DNA of 64,000 nt, taken from Tricharina praecox (taxonomy: Eukaryota). The translations under genes were made by a program, and so were the position numbers. The stretch spans positions 1,550,001 through 1,614,000 of the forward strand of contig NW_026250403.1 in NCBI RefSeq assembly GCF_024521635.1, written 5' to 3'. Position 1 is the stretch's first letter; every line of letters begins with the position of its first letter. Positions 48,331 through 62,750 of this stretch are shown here, piece after piece. Under the pieces are notes generated by a model. The model did no database searches. It was not told the origin of the DNA and saw only the letters and a program-made list of their open reading frames with translations.

Positions 48331-50059
48331 TCAAACACCAGCCGGATCATTGATACCACTGCAACAGTGCAACAGTGCAACCGTCAGCCCTTTTCCTTTC
48401 CTTTCCGACCAAACAACATGGTTACGGGGGGTACGGACCCGTTAGTGATCACGTAGGTAGCCTCGCGCTCGGGACAATCAGGGCTGTCCTGCAACTTGGC
48501 CACACGCTCGTCGCCGCGGCCTTTGCGCAGGAGAATCCTGGTGGCGGAGGCGTGCGCTAGGACGTGGCCTCCGACTGGACGCGGGGGGGTAGGTTAGAGG
48601 AGTTCACTTGTTGTGTGTGCAGGGGATCATACCAGGCTTGCGTCTGTGGGTACTTTGTTAGTGATCATTGCAGAGGGAGGGAGGGAGGGAAGGGAAGGCA
48701 TACCCATCGGCGCTGGCGAACAGCGCGCTGGCTCCGGGATCGCTCTGGACTTGGTTGGTCTTTCTCTCTTGTTAGCTACACCGAGACTCGAGTGTTAACT
48801 ATGGACGGAGTCTGTCTGTCCGTACCAAGAGGACGGCGACGTTGAACTCCTCGGCCATGTGCGAGAGCTTGGCCAGCATCTGTCCCAGCTTCTGTTGGCG
48901 CCTGTGGTAAGGTATCAGTAGAGAATTCTCACGGGCGTCGGTAGGTATGGTATGGTATGGTGGGTCCTACTCGGAAAGTTCACCACGTCCGCAGAAGTCC
49001 ACGCGGAAGCAGGCCATGATGCTGTCGACAACCTATACCTTCTCATCAGCCCCCGTCATCCTCTACTATATGGGAGGATCATCATCATCGGGGAACTCAC
49101 CAAAAGCCTATACTCATTCGTTGCAAAGTTCTGACACAGGCCATTCAGCAGTTCCATCTGATGTTCACTATTGAGGGCGCGTCCATAGATGATATTCTCA
49201 CAGGCGGCATCACCATCGACGCCGAACCTCTCTGAGATCTGCCTGATCCTCTCTGGCCGGAACGTTCCCTCGGTATCGATATAAGCGACCTTCCCCTCGG
49301 CGCCGCCCTGCGATTTAGGAAGCTGGCAGATCACCGACGCCGTCATCGACAGTTGCGACTTGCCCGTGCGGAACTCGCCAAATACCTCCGTGATGCTCAT
49401 CGTCTGCAACCCGCCACCCAGCATCGTGTCGAAACTCTTGCTGCCAGTGGAGATCCGGCACACTTTGCGACGCACGTGCCCGAGCTCCGCGGCGGTTATG
49501 AAGTTGTATGAGGCAGGCTGGTGCGCGGGAACATCAGCTACATAAGTACACAAACATACGGAGGGGAAACGTACAGCGCATTTGCCCGCCGCTTCCTTGA
49601 CCTTCTCCGTCTTCTGCTCGGAGAAGCCTATCGTCGTAGCACATCATTCAGTCCCCTCCCAGCCCCCCGGAGTCCACCCAATTCGTTTCGCTTTACTCAC
49701 CCTTGATCTTGGACAAGTTCCTCCTAGTAGCCGCACACACTGACTGTATGTGTACACAGTTACAATCATCATCGACCCCTTCCCTTCACACACACCCCTT
49801 CGTACTAAATCGCCAAGTGAGAATGAGAATGGTTTACGTACAGCGATGGTCCAGTATCCCGCAGCCTTGAGCTTGTTGATATCGCTGGCGCCGATGCCGT
49901 GCGACTGGAGCTGGTCGATGTCGACGATGCCATTGTTGTCCTTTACACGGCAAAGTCAGTCAGTCAGTTCAGTTCGGCGACAATGGCTGGCTGCTTGGAA
50001 GATTGTAGCACCTCGTCGTCGTCAATGTCAACGTCAACGGTAGTCTCGCGAGGCGCCAT
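48331..50059 (-). CDS. DMC1: Meiotic recombinase Dmc1
   Basis: 11 exons: 50059-50012, 49940-49842, 49743-49701, 49627-49575, 49517-49101, 49032-48971, 48901-48826, 48759-48704, 48643-48633, 48574-48439, 48358-48331 (1029 nt). [15 protein letters not shown], Walker [57 protein letters not shown]. These are Dmc1-type rather than Rad51-type signatures. Confidence 0.95.
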
Positions 50060-50957
50060 TGTTGTTGGCGATGAGGAGTGATGGGGAGTGGAGTGAGAAA
50101 TATGAGGGGCGGTGGTTGCGAGTGAGAGGGTGGGGGAGCAGTGTGGTGGAGTGATGTGTTGTGTTGTCGTGTGGAGAGAAGAAGAAGAGCAAGTGAGAGC
50201 GCAGCAGCAGCAAACGCCTTCACAGTTCCTCACTCGACCACTTGCCAGGGTCCACCCATCGAATCACGTGCGATTGGATCCGAACCCAAAGTTCCAAGCC
50301 CGGAGTCAGTGTGGCCGTTTGCTTCCTATGATACTGTCCATTAAAACTCCGATGCCCACCCACTACTCTGTCCCTCAACATCTCCCCCACAACTGACCGA
50401 CAGCTTCATTAGCCGTCACCCAAAATACATGAGCAAGTACGTAAGAATGTGCCCAGCTTTCAGCTACCATTCCTCAACCACCAATCAGTCGTACCCGATG
50501 CCAGGCATCCTAGTATATCATTATCACCTACAAAGTCCAAACTATTCTCCCACCCCCCCCCTCTCCCGCCGTCCGTCCATCCACCCTGTCTCACCCTACG
50601 TATATATTAAAGGACGAAGATATAGAGACCCAAGTTGCAAGAGACGCATTGCCCGTGTAGAAACGCCGGTAGGTGATTGAAAGGACTCCCTGAACTCCTC
50701 CCACGAAAAGAGGAATTCCGGAGAGCAATATGCACAGTGAAGAATTCACAGCTGAGAAAGAAAGATGAGGAATAAGCGAGAAAGGAAAAACGGTAGCAGA
50801 TATATCTGTAGTGAAGAAGAAAAGGAACAAAATCAGTTCGAAAAATTCATATATTTACGGCACCCAATACGAAGAAGAGAAAAGATCTTGAGAATATTGC
50901 ATTCATTATCGCTTATGGAGACTCGGATCCGCTGCCGTAAGACGTGCTGGCTGTTGC

Positions 50958-52070
<1,113 letters not shown>

Positions 52071-55000
52071 GATCGATAGTTTGGAAGATATGGAAGTCTC
52101 TGGTTCCTGCAGAAAGCAGACAAAGCCGGAACTGTGTCAGTGAAACCTGTAACTCTTTCCAGGATCCGTTCAGGAACGGATTATGAACTCGGTATGATGG
52201 GTGGTGGGTGGTGGGTGGTGGGTGATGGGTGAGGGATGATGCGGCAGAGTGTGTTCCCTCTCTGGGGGGTCGAGAAGGTGATGGTGGTGGTGGTAGTGAC
52301 GGTGAAGAGGATGATTGATGAATCTCGTACCTTGACAACTGGGTTCTAGAAAGGCGCACCGAAAAAGTCCCACTCTCAGCAACAACTTCTTCCCACACTA
52401 GACAGCAACATGCGTCATGTTTGCGAGAAACACGACGGCAAGAGATTGTGTGCTTGCTCACATCGCTCACAACTTCTTTCACTCACGCTCTTCTGTGTCT
52501 TTGATCCCCTTTGCTCTCCTTCTTCGACCCTCACTTCTTCTTCTTCTTCGTCTGCTGCTGCTTCTTCTTCGTCTGCTCTCCCCTTTCAAATTTCCTCACA
52601 CTTCCGCTTGATCTTCTTCTTCTTCTCGCACAGCCTCCGTCTTCCTTTCACTTCAGGGTTTCCCGGTCGACGTTCCCTTCAACTTTTTGCCGCTGCCGCT
52701 TGATTGCAGATTCTTTCAATTCCGAGAACCTAATTGACGACGACGACGTCCTACCGAAACTCCACTCCAACCGAAGAAGAAGAATGGAAAGGAAAATAAA
52801 ATAAAAATAAAAAGAAAGCCGAGACACGTAGGACCGAGATGACGGGGAAGGGATGGGGTGGGGTGGAGGGGTGAGTTATGTAGCTGACTGGAAGGTGATG
52901 TAAGAAAGGCCGAGGAGAACGCGGGGGGGGGGGGGGGTGGGTGGGTGGGGCGGCGGTGGCGGGGGAGGGGGGGGGGACAGTTAAGTAGGGCCACGGGATA
53001 TTTGGAGAGAGATAGCAACCAAGTACTCTACTAACTAGCAGTGTCGAGTTCCTGGGGAGGGGGGGTGTTAAACTTGGGGGGGGGGGTGGGTTGAGGTTTT
53101 GAGGGTGGATATGCCCGCTTGCTGGGCCCCACGAGTCAAGTTTACGATGAGCCGAATTCGCGCCAAATATGGGTGGGAGAAAGGCCGGGAATTTTTTTGT
53201 TTGATCGGGTCTCGGATTGGTCGAGGACGGTTTCTGCACGGACAAGGCAAAAGGAAAAAGGGGATCAGAACGAAATTGAACGAACGAACGAACAGATTGT
53301 GGTGTCGGTAGCTCTGCTGTTAGTGTCTTGGTCTTTCTGGTTAGCCACGTTGTCGTGATTACGATTAGAGAGGGGAGGGGCAGAGCAAGAGCCGGAGCCA
53401 GTGGGGGGAAAGGCAGAGAGGGGAAGGCGGAGGTTCATAGGCATGTGTAGATTATACTTATGTCACCATGTGCGTGTGGAGTGTGAATATAGTGGTAGTG
53501 AAGCACGTATGGCCAGGCTGAGCGGGCATGATTGGGAGGGGGTTGGCCAAGGTGAGGAGGGGGGGGAGGGGGATAATACAGGAAGTCCGATGACAAATGG
53601 GATGGGATGGCCAATGCGGGGGGACCAGCGGTCACCGAAAGTCGTGGCCATGGCCGGAAGGCCTACGGCAAGCGGGGAATGGGGCGGACGGACAGGGAGG
53701 GATCGGAGGTATGGATTCGGATACATATCTCTTGAGTCTTGCCAACTGGACCGCCATGACGATAACCACCAGACGATCGATAGGACAAGCAGACATAAGT
53801 GAGTGGTGTGCCCTCTCTGTAGAGTCGATAGGGTATATGTCACGAATGGTGGAGATGATGGTGGAGTCGATGGTTGTGGTGGTGGTGGAGGTGGTGGTGG
53901 TGATGGTGGTGATGATTATGATTATGACGACGAAGGCGGCCCGGACACCGTTAACCTTAAGACAGCTTAACACCACCAGCATCGTGGTCATCGCCATCGC
54001 CATCTCCAACTCCACCATCGGGTACATCGACCATCGCGGAACTCCGGTTGACAAAATGGAACCTTTCCCGCCGCCGCTGCCGCCGCCGCCGTCGCCACAC
54101 CATCGGTATGGAAATGGGGACGGAGTCTGAGCGGTCTCTCAACGGCAATTGCTCTGTCACAGCGAGTCAACCAGCCAGAGTTGACGATTGTGCTTTCATC
54201 CGAAACCGAGAGTGAGGCGAGGGGGAGGATAACGATATGATACGACGATTGAAGCAACCCATGACCCGGTACCTATAGTACTTTACCCTAACTCTCTCTA
54301 TAGGGAAAAAGCGGTGGCCCATCATCGCCCTCTATCCTACAAATCACAGTAGATTCCCTCCAACAAAAGAGGGAGCAGCAGCAGACCCGTCTTGTTTGGC
54401 TTGGAATCCACCAGCATCCCGTTACTTAATACCAGGGTAGCCTCTTCCCGGTAGCATTGAGTTTTGTACCTACCGAGACGAGACGGGCCTACTCTAAGTC
54501 GAGTAGGTACATAGCAGTGCTGGATGCCCCCTCATGAGGTCTCGAGAAGGAGTGGGAGGGGCTTCGAGAAAGGGGTGGCTGCGAGCGGAAGGGCATCCAT
54601 CGGCCGCCAGGCGGATGAAGGTGAGGCGGAGATGGAGGTTGAAAGAAGTGTCGGACCAACCAACCCGACGGGCTAGACACCAGGGGGTTCGAAAAGAGAT
54701 GTATCGCCGTGACGACATCACATTTCGTGCATAAAAGAAAGAGAAAAAAAAGCATCAGCAAAGACCTCTTGCAATTGAACCCAGGATCGTTCTCCCTGCA
54801 TAGAGCAGACCTCTAGATTCTGTAGATTCTCCAGATATATCCTCAAGAAAGAACAAGTTGTCGAGTTGAAGTTTGTCCAACCAATCTGCATTTTCTTTTA
54901 CACCAACCCACTTACGGAGGCAGCAACCATGGCCGGTCCGATCGAGAAGCATTTGCATGAAGAATTGATTGAGAAAGGAAGGGATGGTCCAAGCGAAACC

Positions 55001-57052
55001 CTCGCCTCCGAAAGTCTCCTCAAGCGAAAATGAAACAAATCCGCCCCCCCTCCCTTCCCAAACCCCACACTTCCGCTTCAGTCAATTCCCAGCCACCACC
55101 ACCACCGCACCCCGCAACATGAATTCACCTAGCGCTCACGGAAAAGTCTCTTGGAGGTTATTTACTGCGAGAATATTATTGTGATGGCTGGGCAACTTTC
55201 TGGCAGTATTTCTACGTTGCGTAAGTTTTTGGCGAAATCCGGTCTTGGCACTGATTACTAATCCAAGCACGAGCATCCATTATCGTTCGGCCAGATATCA
55301 AACAGCAGAGTCCTAAACCGCCAGCTCGGAACGTGGCGAAGAATATCTCGAATCTCGCATCTCCGTCTTCCATGGAGCGTTAACAACACGTTACTAACTG
55401 TTCTCACTCGTGTCACGTAAAAAAAAAGGTTCAAAATGGTTTATCGCATTCTCCCTGGACGCTACTAATCATCGGCGCCAAAGAGAGTGAGAGAGACATA
55501 CAACAGTACAACATGTTCGAGAGAGAGAGAGAGAGGAGAACTCCACCAACTACCCTCCCGGGTCCCCAACACACACAGCAGTTACCTACGCGCGTGACCA
55601 CGGTCTCGGGTATCCAATGGGCAGGTCGTCCAAATGCTAACACATGCAAATACCAACACCATGTCACCACCACCAACACCATCCGGCGGCGGTGGGCTGG
55701 GTATAGTAGGATGCAAGTGCAAGCTGGGCCCTGAACTCTTACAAATCGGTTATCTACCTAACAGCAAACCATAATTCGAGATTTGAGATTTGAGAGATCG
55801 GGTCGGTGCCGAGCTGTTGGTTCTGTGGCGGGGGCTTTACCTGCCGGCTCCGGGACGTACATAGAGTGCATACTTGAGTTTGTACGGTAGTATGTAGGTC
55901 TGGTGGTGGGCTGGTGCAACCTCCGGTATGCACTCTGGATATGCCTACACGCACCGGCTCTCTCGCGGGAAGTATGGTGTTCTATGAGTAGGCACTCCGG
56001 AGTACCTATCTGGGAGTGGAGTATCCGGAGCGAAGCCACATTCACCGGTGATAGTGATGCCCGGTGTTTTGCCGGCGTCGTTGCGTGCGGTGCGGTGTTT
56101 CGTTCGGTCCCGACGGTCCTCGGTGAAGCGGAGAAGTCCCCTCTCCCCTGGCCCTCTCCCCCAGACTTCCCGACCCCTCATGAACCGTCAAGGAGGCAGG
56201 AAGGGAAGGAAGGAGATTCCAATCGATCCGGTATGACGGTTCCGCACTGCTCCCCCGCCCGGCACCCCTTCCGCATCCGATAACTCGGTCGACGACCAGT
56301 CTTCCTTCTTTCTTCTTCCTCCCAGTGATTGTGGGATTCAGTGCATTGGTCATAATTCATCTTTTGCCTCGTCGACAATGCGGCCAATCGTCAAGTTGAT
56401 ACGAGCTCTTGGATACCTATAGAGAAAGTCCAACAAGTCTGAGTCAAAGAGGACCCGATGACCGTCAACGGCGGCGGCGGCGGCGGCGTATTTGCCTTCG
56501 GGATAGATCTACCTACATGGAGCATCACCGTCGTTGTTCAGCTCATATATGTAAACATCACTTGTCTAATCCCGTCTGACAGCCGTGGCAACGCAGCAAA
56601 CGTGTATCTGATTCGATAGGCCGCGCACGAGATGCCCTACAAAAGTAAACAGCAATGACTGCCATGTGAATCGCTTCCCAACTCGGACAGCCACCTTCAA
56701 GTAGAGTAAAGGGACAAAGGTATCAATGCACGTGGTCAACATCACACCATGTCACGGGAAAGGATCAAAAACCGGCTACCGAAAAAAAACCATTGAGTAC
56801 AGGAATCACAGCAAACGCATAAAAGACAAACAATTATCGGGCAGCAACTTGGAAAACCGTGCGTAACACTTCATTGAAAACAAAGACCAGAGGAGTATCA
56901 GTCCCCAGCATCCCACAGTAAGGAACAGGAGAATTCTAAAACCCAGAAAGCAGAATCAAAGAATCCATTCGTATTGCATCGAGTTTTCCAGCTTTCGAAG
57001 AAGGACAAATTCTAACACCCTTACTCCGGCATTTCCCCCCAGTTTAGACCGT

Positions 57053-58118
57053 TTATTTATCTTCGGGCTTGGCCTCTGCAGGAGCATCGGGCATCTCGTT
57101 GGTCTTGGGCTCTGCGGCGGCCTCAGGCTCGGCCTCGGAAGAAGTCCAGAGGGTCTGTTTTTAGTGTTAGCTGGGTAAACTCCGATCGAGCGGGTAGGTA
57201 TAACTCACCAAGTTGTCCCGAAGGAGCTGCATGATGAGAGTCGAGTCCTTGTAGCTCTCCTCACTAAGGGTGTCGAGCTCTGTAGTAGGTCCATAGTCAG
57301 CGTTTGTTCGGTGTCCAATAGGTAGCGCGTACAACGGGGGGTCGGTAGTAGTAAGATACGTACCGGCAATAGCGTCATCGAACGCCTGCTTGGCCAGGTG
57401 GCAAGCAAGGTCGGGGGCGTTCATGATCTCGTAGTAGAACACCGAGAAGTTCAGGGCCAGACCGAGACGGATGGGGTGGGTGGGAGCCAAGTCGGTCTGA
57501 GCAACCTCAGTGGCGTTCTTGTAGGCCTCGAGCGACTTCTCCGCCGACTCCTTGCGCTTGTCGCCGATGGCGAACTCGGCCAAGTAGCGGTGGTAATCAC
57601 CCTTCCTGCACAGCCGTTAGCGCCAGCTTCATGTGTATCGCCAGATAGAGTCGACCGTACATCTTGTGGTAGAACACCTTGGACTCTCCAGACTCAGCGG
57701 AGGGGATGAGGTGCTTGTCCAAGACCTCGAGGATGTCTTCGCAGATCTTCGCAAGCTCGGCCTCGATCTTCTCACGGTACTCCTTGATCAGAGCGACCTG
57801 GGCGCTGTTTCCCTTGGACTCCTCCTTCTGCTCGATCGAAGTGACAATGCGCCACGACGCCCTGCGCGCACCGATGACGTTCTTGTAGGCGACCGACAGG
57901 AGATTTCGCTCCTCGACGGAAAGCTCCTGGTCGGCGGATGCAACATTCTTCATGTTCTCGACCATCTCTGCAGATGCCCGCAGCAATCAGCAACATGAAC
58001 CGCGGCGAGCCGACCGAGAGAAAGGGGGATCGGTGGGGTTGGATGGATTGAACTTACCCTCGTAGCGCTCAGCCTGCTCGGCGAGCTTGGCCAAGTAAAC
58101 GGAGTCTTCGTAACCCAT
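57053..58118 (-). CDS. BMH1: 14-3-3 protein
   Basis: Exons 58118-58058, 57967-57661, 57605-57364, 57279-57209, 57154-57053. Motifs [87 protein letters not shown]. Confidence 0.97.
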
Positions 58119-61100
58119 TTTTGCGGTGAGTAGTCTATCGGAAAGTAAATGTTAGCAGAGAAGCTTGATGACGGTTGTTGATGTTGCTATGCAGAAGCGA
58201 GGCTGCTACCCCTCCAACCCCGTGTGACGTGACGGATGTTTTCAGCCCTCGTGCTAGCAAACAACCAAGAGGGGCAGCAAAACAAAGAGAGAGCGAGAGC
58301 CGCAACAAACTCAGAATACTGTGATTCACGTAATTGGAGAACTGTGGTTGCGACGTAAGGGAGTGAGGATAAACGACGCTGAGAACAGAGGTCGCGGCCA
58401 GAGCTCAGATCAGGGGCTCCTCGGTAGCAGCAGTAGCAGCGAGCCCCGCTTCCCACGCTGTCCGACAACACAGAACACTGAGCTCATGCCACGGCGTCGC
58501 CCTCATCCTCTTTCTCGCTTTCTCTCTTCGGGTTCCATCTCGAATAGCTCCGGAGCATCCGATAGCGAGTAAACTTTTCATCTCTTCGAGCTTCGGATTT
58601 CGATGCGATGCATCTCGAGATGCCGAGTCGGGGGAGCAGAGGGGAGAGGATGAAAAAAAGCAAGCAGAGGGGTAGTTCACCTGATGGGGGTTGTGATAAG
58701 AAGTTGTTGTGATAGGGAGAAGCGACGACGAGGTTGCTCAGATGTGGAGTGTCGAGGTCGTGCAGGGTGGATGTTAAGGTAGAAAGGGTTGGTGTCGGAG
58801 GGGGTGGTGATGGAGTTGGAGTTGGAAGAGGGATAGCAAAGAAGAAGGAGGAGGAGGCGGAGGAGGAGGTTATGACGGGTTGGGGTCGAAGGGGAAGTTG
58901 GAATGCGAGAGGGCGGCCAAGCCCCACCCAAATCACACTTAAGTAAATTGCCGTGCTGTGCTTGGACCCGCTGCCGCCTTGCTGGTTCTGCATGTCGGAG
59001 AAGGTCACTCTGTCTCTCTCTTCCTCTGCTCTAGAGCAGTATGCAGCAGAGATAGTTACTCTACACACTCTATCTATCGATCGTATCATCCGCATGCTCC
59101 ACCTTCGTTCTGTGCTTCGAGAGTCCTCACTTCTGCTGGAAGCAGTGCCGATATGCGGCGGACTACTGTAGAGTACCTCCTCAACGGCACCGAACTGGAG
59201 GGATCTCAGTGGCCCGGACTCTGCTTGCTGGGGGCTGGTCAGTTGGCCCTCCAATGCCACACGCGGAAGACCTGCACACCGCGGAGAGGGAGGGGGAGCA
59301 GCGGAATGCTGGAATCTTCGAATCCTCTCGACATGGCTATCCTTCCGTCCATCCATTCATCCATCCACACATCCATTGAACTGGGCCAGAGTATCGACTT
59401 TCATATCATCCATCAATCAAATCAAACACCCCCATCATCATTATCATCAGCATCATCATCGCCAGAACTACGGCCACCAGTTGTTTGCGACGAAACTCTT
59501 CGCAGCGAGCCATCCTCCATGAGCCCCACATGAGCAATGACGTTGCTGGCCGTCTCCTGACCCTGTTTCCTCTCTGCCACCCCAGCAACCATCCAAGTCG
59601 ACTTCGAATCAAATCGACAAGTGGGCACTCTACTCTGCATACCAGAGCCGCCCGACGGCGACGAACGACGTCGACCGCCCCAACTGTGCGCACGCATACG
59701 TCCACAGAACCCCTGCGACTAAAGGCAATAATCACGGCAAATACCCACGGAAACGCATCGGAATCTGATGGAACCGTCCAGCCAGCTGGCATGGTGATTC
59801 CCCTCATCCCGACGGAACCGTGTGTCACCACTGCACGCAGAGCGTCTACTGGAAACAGAGTTGCTCGATTGACCCAGCCCGGCCCAGCCCACTATGGAAG
59901 CGTAACCGACCCGGTAAGCAGTTAGATGGCCCCGCTTGCTTTCGCGCGTTTAGAGTCGTCGTCACCGAACGTGTCAAGTCGGAGCTGTGCTCGTGGAAAG
60001 CTCTAAATTTGGCTTGCCCGGATCATGCCATGACGAGGGGCTCAAAGTATGTACTCTACACACGATACGGCCCGTCCCATGCGGGCACGTACTCATGACA
60101 CCCAAGGTCCCAAGCAGGTGAAGAGACAGGCAGCACGACATCTCTACCACCGGTACGCACCCGCCGGCGCACTAGTAGCCTCACCCGCTTCCGCTTATCC
60201 TGCCCATATCTTTCCCCTCGCCTATGCCGCCCGCACGAGTTCAGGATCTACGGAAGCCTTGGTGTAGCGCCTCGATCTTCGGTTCTCAAGGTGGAGTGTC
60301 CATGTAGAGTTGCTTTCCAGGCCCTTGGCACTGGTCCAGCCTCATCTCTCGATGTGTAGCCGCCCAAATACACGCTCCGCCGTGCCGCTGGGGAATAGAG
60401 TATGTACCAGCTAGTAGATCAACCCCGACGAGTGATATTTCGGAGTATCCTCCCGCATCGCCGCAGAAGCACTTGCGCTGAAGAGTTGTGGCCAAAATCT
60501 TCAGACGCCTCGGAGCAAGCATCACCGGCAACACCGAGCTGGCCTTCTGATCTTTCGACCAACCGAAGAATCCGAACCAAACAACGAATACAAAGCCCAG
60601 CTCCCACTGAAACTTCAGCCCTACTACAATAGCTACTCAGACCTTCATAAAACATCGCAGCAACCTTATGAGCCGGTGGATAAAGATTTCGGCACCATTC
60701 TTGAATGGCAAAGGTAAATAGCCTTAACCTTGGAGGAAGGTTAACCAGCAAGCTTGCAGTCATGTGGTCGCCTCCCACGCGGGTGCCTCGTTGAACCCCG
60801 CCGGCCGTTCGTCTCCAAATTAACTCCTCCCTGTGTTTCGGATCTCATACACCAGACGTCTCAGGAAGTCAGCACGGCGTCATCAGCGATATGATCACTG
60901 GGTCATGCCGGGCCAGTGGCGGACAACTATGGGCGGCAGGACGTCAACGTATCAAGTAAATCAAGCCTGCGCCGTCAAAGTTATATGAGCCGTAAAGATG
61001 AAACGTCGTTGACGTTTCGCCGATAACGTTTCGCCGATACCACGTTCTCACTCACCCCCGTGACATGACATCGCGGATCGAATCTAATCAGATCCGATCG

Positions 61101-61406
61101 GCATCGACATCGGCCTCGTGTGGCTGAGCAGTGAGCACTCCAGCCGCAGCTGACAGTGGCCTGATCGATCCCCTACCTCGGATCAACATCATCCCAACCC
61201 ACTGCCAGTGCCAGCCCACATTACGTAGCACAAGCACTCCCAGGTAGTTCCCAACCCACCTCCCGTCCATCCATCCACCCATCCATCCTACTTCCTTCCC
61301 CACCAGACATCCCATCCATCCATCTTCCCCACCATCAAACATCCACAACCACCACCACAACCACAACCACCGAACACACACAACCACACAACCACACATA
61401 CAGACA

Positions 61407-61973
61407 ATGCTCCGCACCACCCTCACTACCAGCACTCGCACCATTGCCCGCTTCACGCCGCTGATGTCCACCCGTCTCAGCAGCAGCGAGGGCGCAACCG
61501 GCAGCGGCTTTTCCCGCGCAGGCGGCCAGGCAGCGGGGTACATACTCTACATTCTCCCATCCCTCCCCCACCCCGCCGCCACAAAACAGAACACTCTACT
61601 AACGCGGAACAGCGACTCGTTCACAAAACGCGAGAAGGCCGCCGAGGATATGTACTTCCGCCAGCAGGAACAATTGAAGCTCGTTCGTGTTCCCGTCCCC
61701 TCTCCCCCTCCACCTCAGCGTCTGCTGGGCTGTCATGTTTATGTCCATCGACTAACACCCCAACAGAAGGAACTCAAAATCAAGCTCCAGAAGCAGCGTC
61801 AACACCTTGATGAGCTCGATGCGCACATGTTCGTCTCCCCCGCTTCCCCCTCCCCTCCACCATTCTCTCCCCCAATCTCCAGCCCCACCTCAAAACCCAG
61901 CATTGACACGAAGCTAACACAAAACAAAAACAGCGACGAGATGACCAAAGAGCAGGGCGGCGAGAAGAACTGA
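61407..61973 (+). CDS. INH1: Mitochondrial F1Fo-ATPase inhibitor (IF1/Inh1/Stf1 family)
   Basis: Exons 61407-61537, 61613-61682, 61767-61828, 61934-61973. Presequence, then EGATGSG...GDSFTKREKAAEDMYFRQQEQLKLKELK and a coiled coil. Confidence 0.9.
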   Translation: MLRTTLTTSTRTIARFTPLMSTRLSSSEGATGSGFSRAGGQAAGYILYILPSLPHPAATKQNTLLTRNSDSFTKREKAAEDMYFRQQEQLKLVRVPVPSPPPPQRLLGCHVYVHRLTPQQKELKIKLQKQRQHLDELDAHMFVSPASPSPPPFSPPISSPTSKPSIDTKLTQNKNSDEMTKEQGGEKN

Positions 61974-62750
61974 GCGAGTTGAGCGAGTTGCGGGGGCGTG
62001 TACTACGAAAGTCTACCGGATGACGTCATAACTTTGTTCTCGGAAGAGCTTGTCCTCGGGAGGAGGGAAAGAGGGATGTAGATATATCTCTTTGGACTGT
62101 GAATACGGAGATGTTGATGCACCGTTTCAATGCTCAATGCTCAATGCTCGTGAAATACCTGCCCTTTTTTACGCGGGGAGGACTGTACAGCTGGAGTGAT
62201 CTGAGGTTGGTGCCCCATTCTTGATCCGGCCATGACGGCGAGCAAGCGGCCCCGGCCGTTTCCCGCTACTCAAGTGCTCGCTCCGGACAAACAAGCCGTC
62301 ATACAAGCGTCGGCTAGAATCTTGTTGTCGGAGCTAGACGAGGCTAGAGGAACTTGACACCGCCGGTTCGATCCTGTCTGCCTGCCTGTCTGGCTGCCGT
62401 GGCTTGTGGGAGATGGGATGTGTTGAAGCTGGCGGAACGAGTCCTCTGCCCCGGAAGGCATATTTACTCGATTAGTAAAACCGGCAACCCGAACTGCGAG
62501 TTCATTTCACCAGCAAGCAAGACGTGTAGTTACGGTGTGTGCGATCATAAACTTGTGCTTGTGGTATATTCATCCATCCGTTCATCGGTGCAAACCCCCC
62601 TCCAGCCGAAAGGTATCGCAATTCGCAAAACTTACATCAGAGCCATCCAAGCCCATCCCGTCCAAACCCATTCGTCCGTAGAGTACCAACAAACCCGGAA
62701 AGGAAAGAGAAACACAGAAGAAAAAACTCATCACCATAACCCTCACCACA

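Noticed and set aside
52164-52181. ATCCGTTC/GAACGGAT hairpin in the CNBP 5'UTR intron as a possible snoRNA
   Set aside because: Only an 8-bp stem, and no C/D or H/ACA boxes were identified.
53401-54257. Overlapping ORFs with poly-Val or poly-Thr
   Set aside because: Derived from GGT/GAT repeats, with no gene structure.
58484-59356. 290-aa minus-strand ORF upstream of 14-3-3
   Set aside because: Low-complexity promoter-like sequence with no domain or evident codon bias.
62355-62385. tRNA T-arm-like GGTTCGATCC (similar at about 38430)
   Set aside because: No T-stem, acceptor stem or D-arm pairing.
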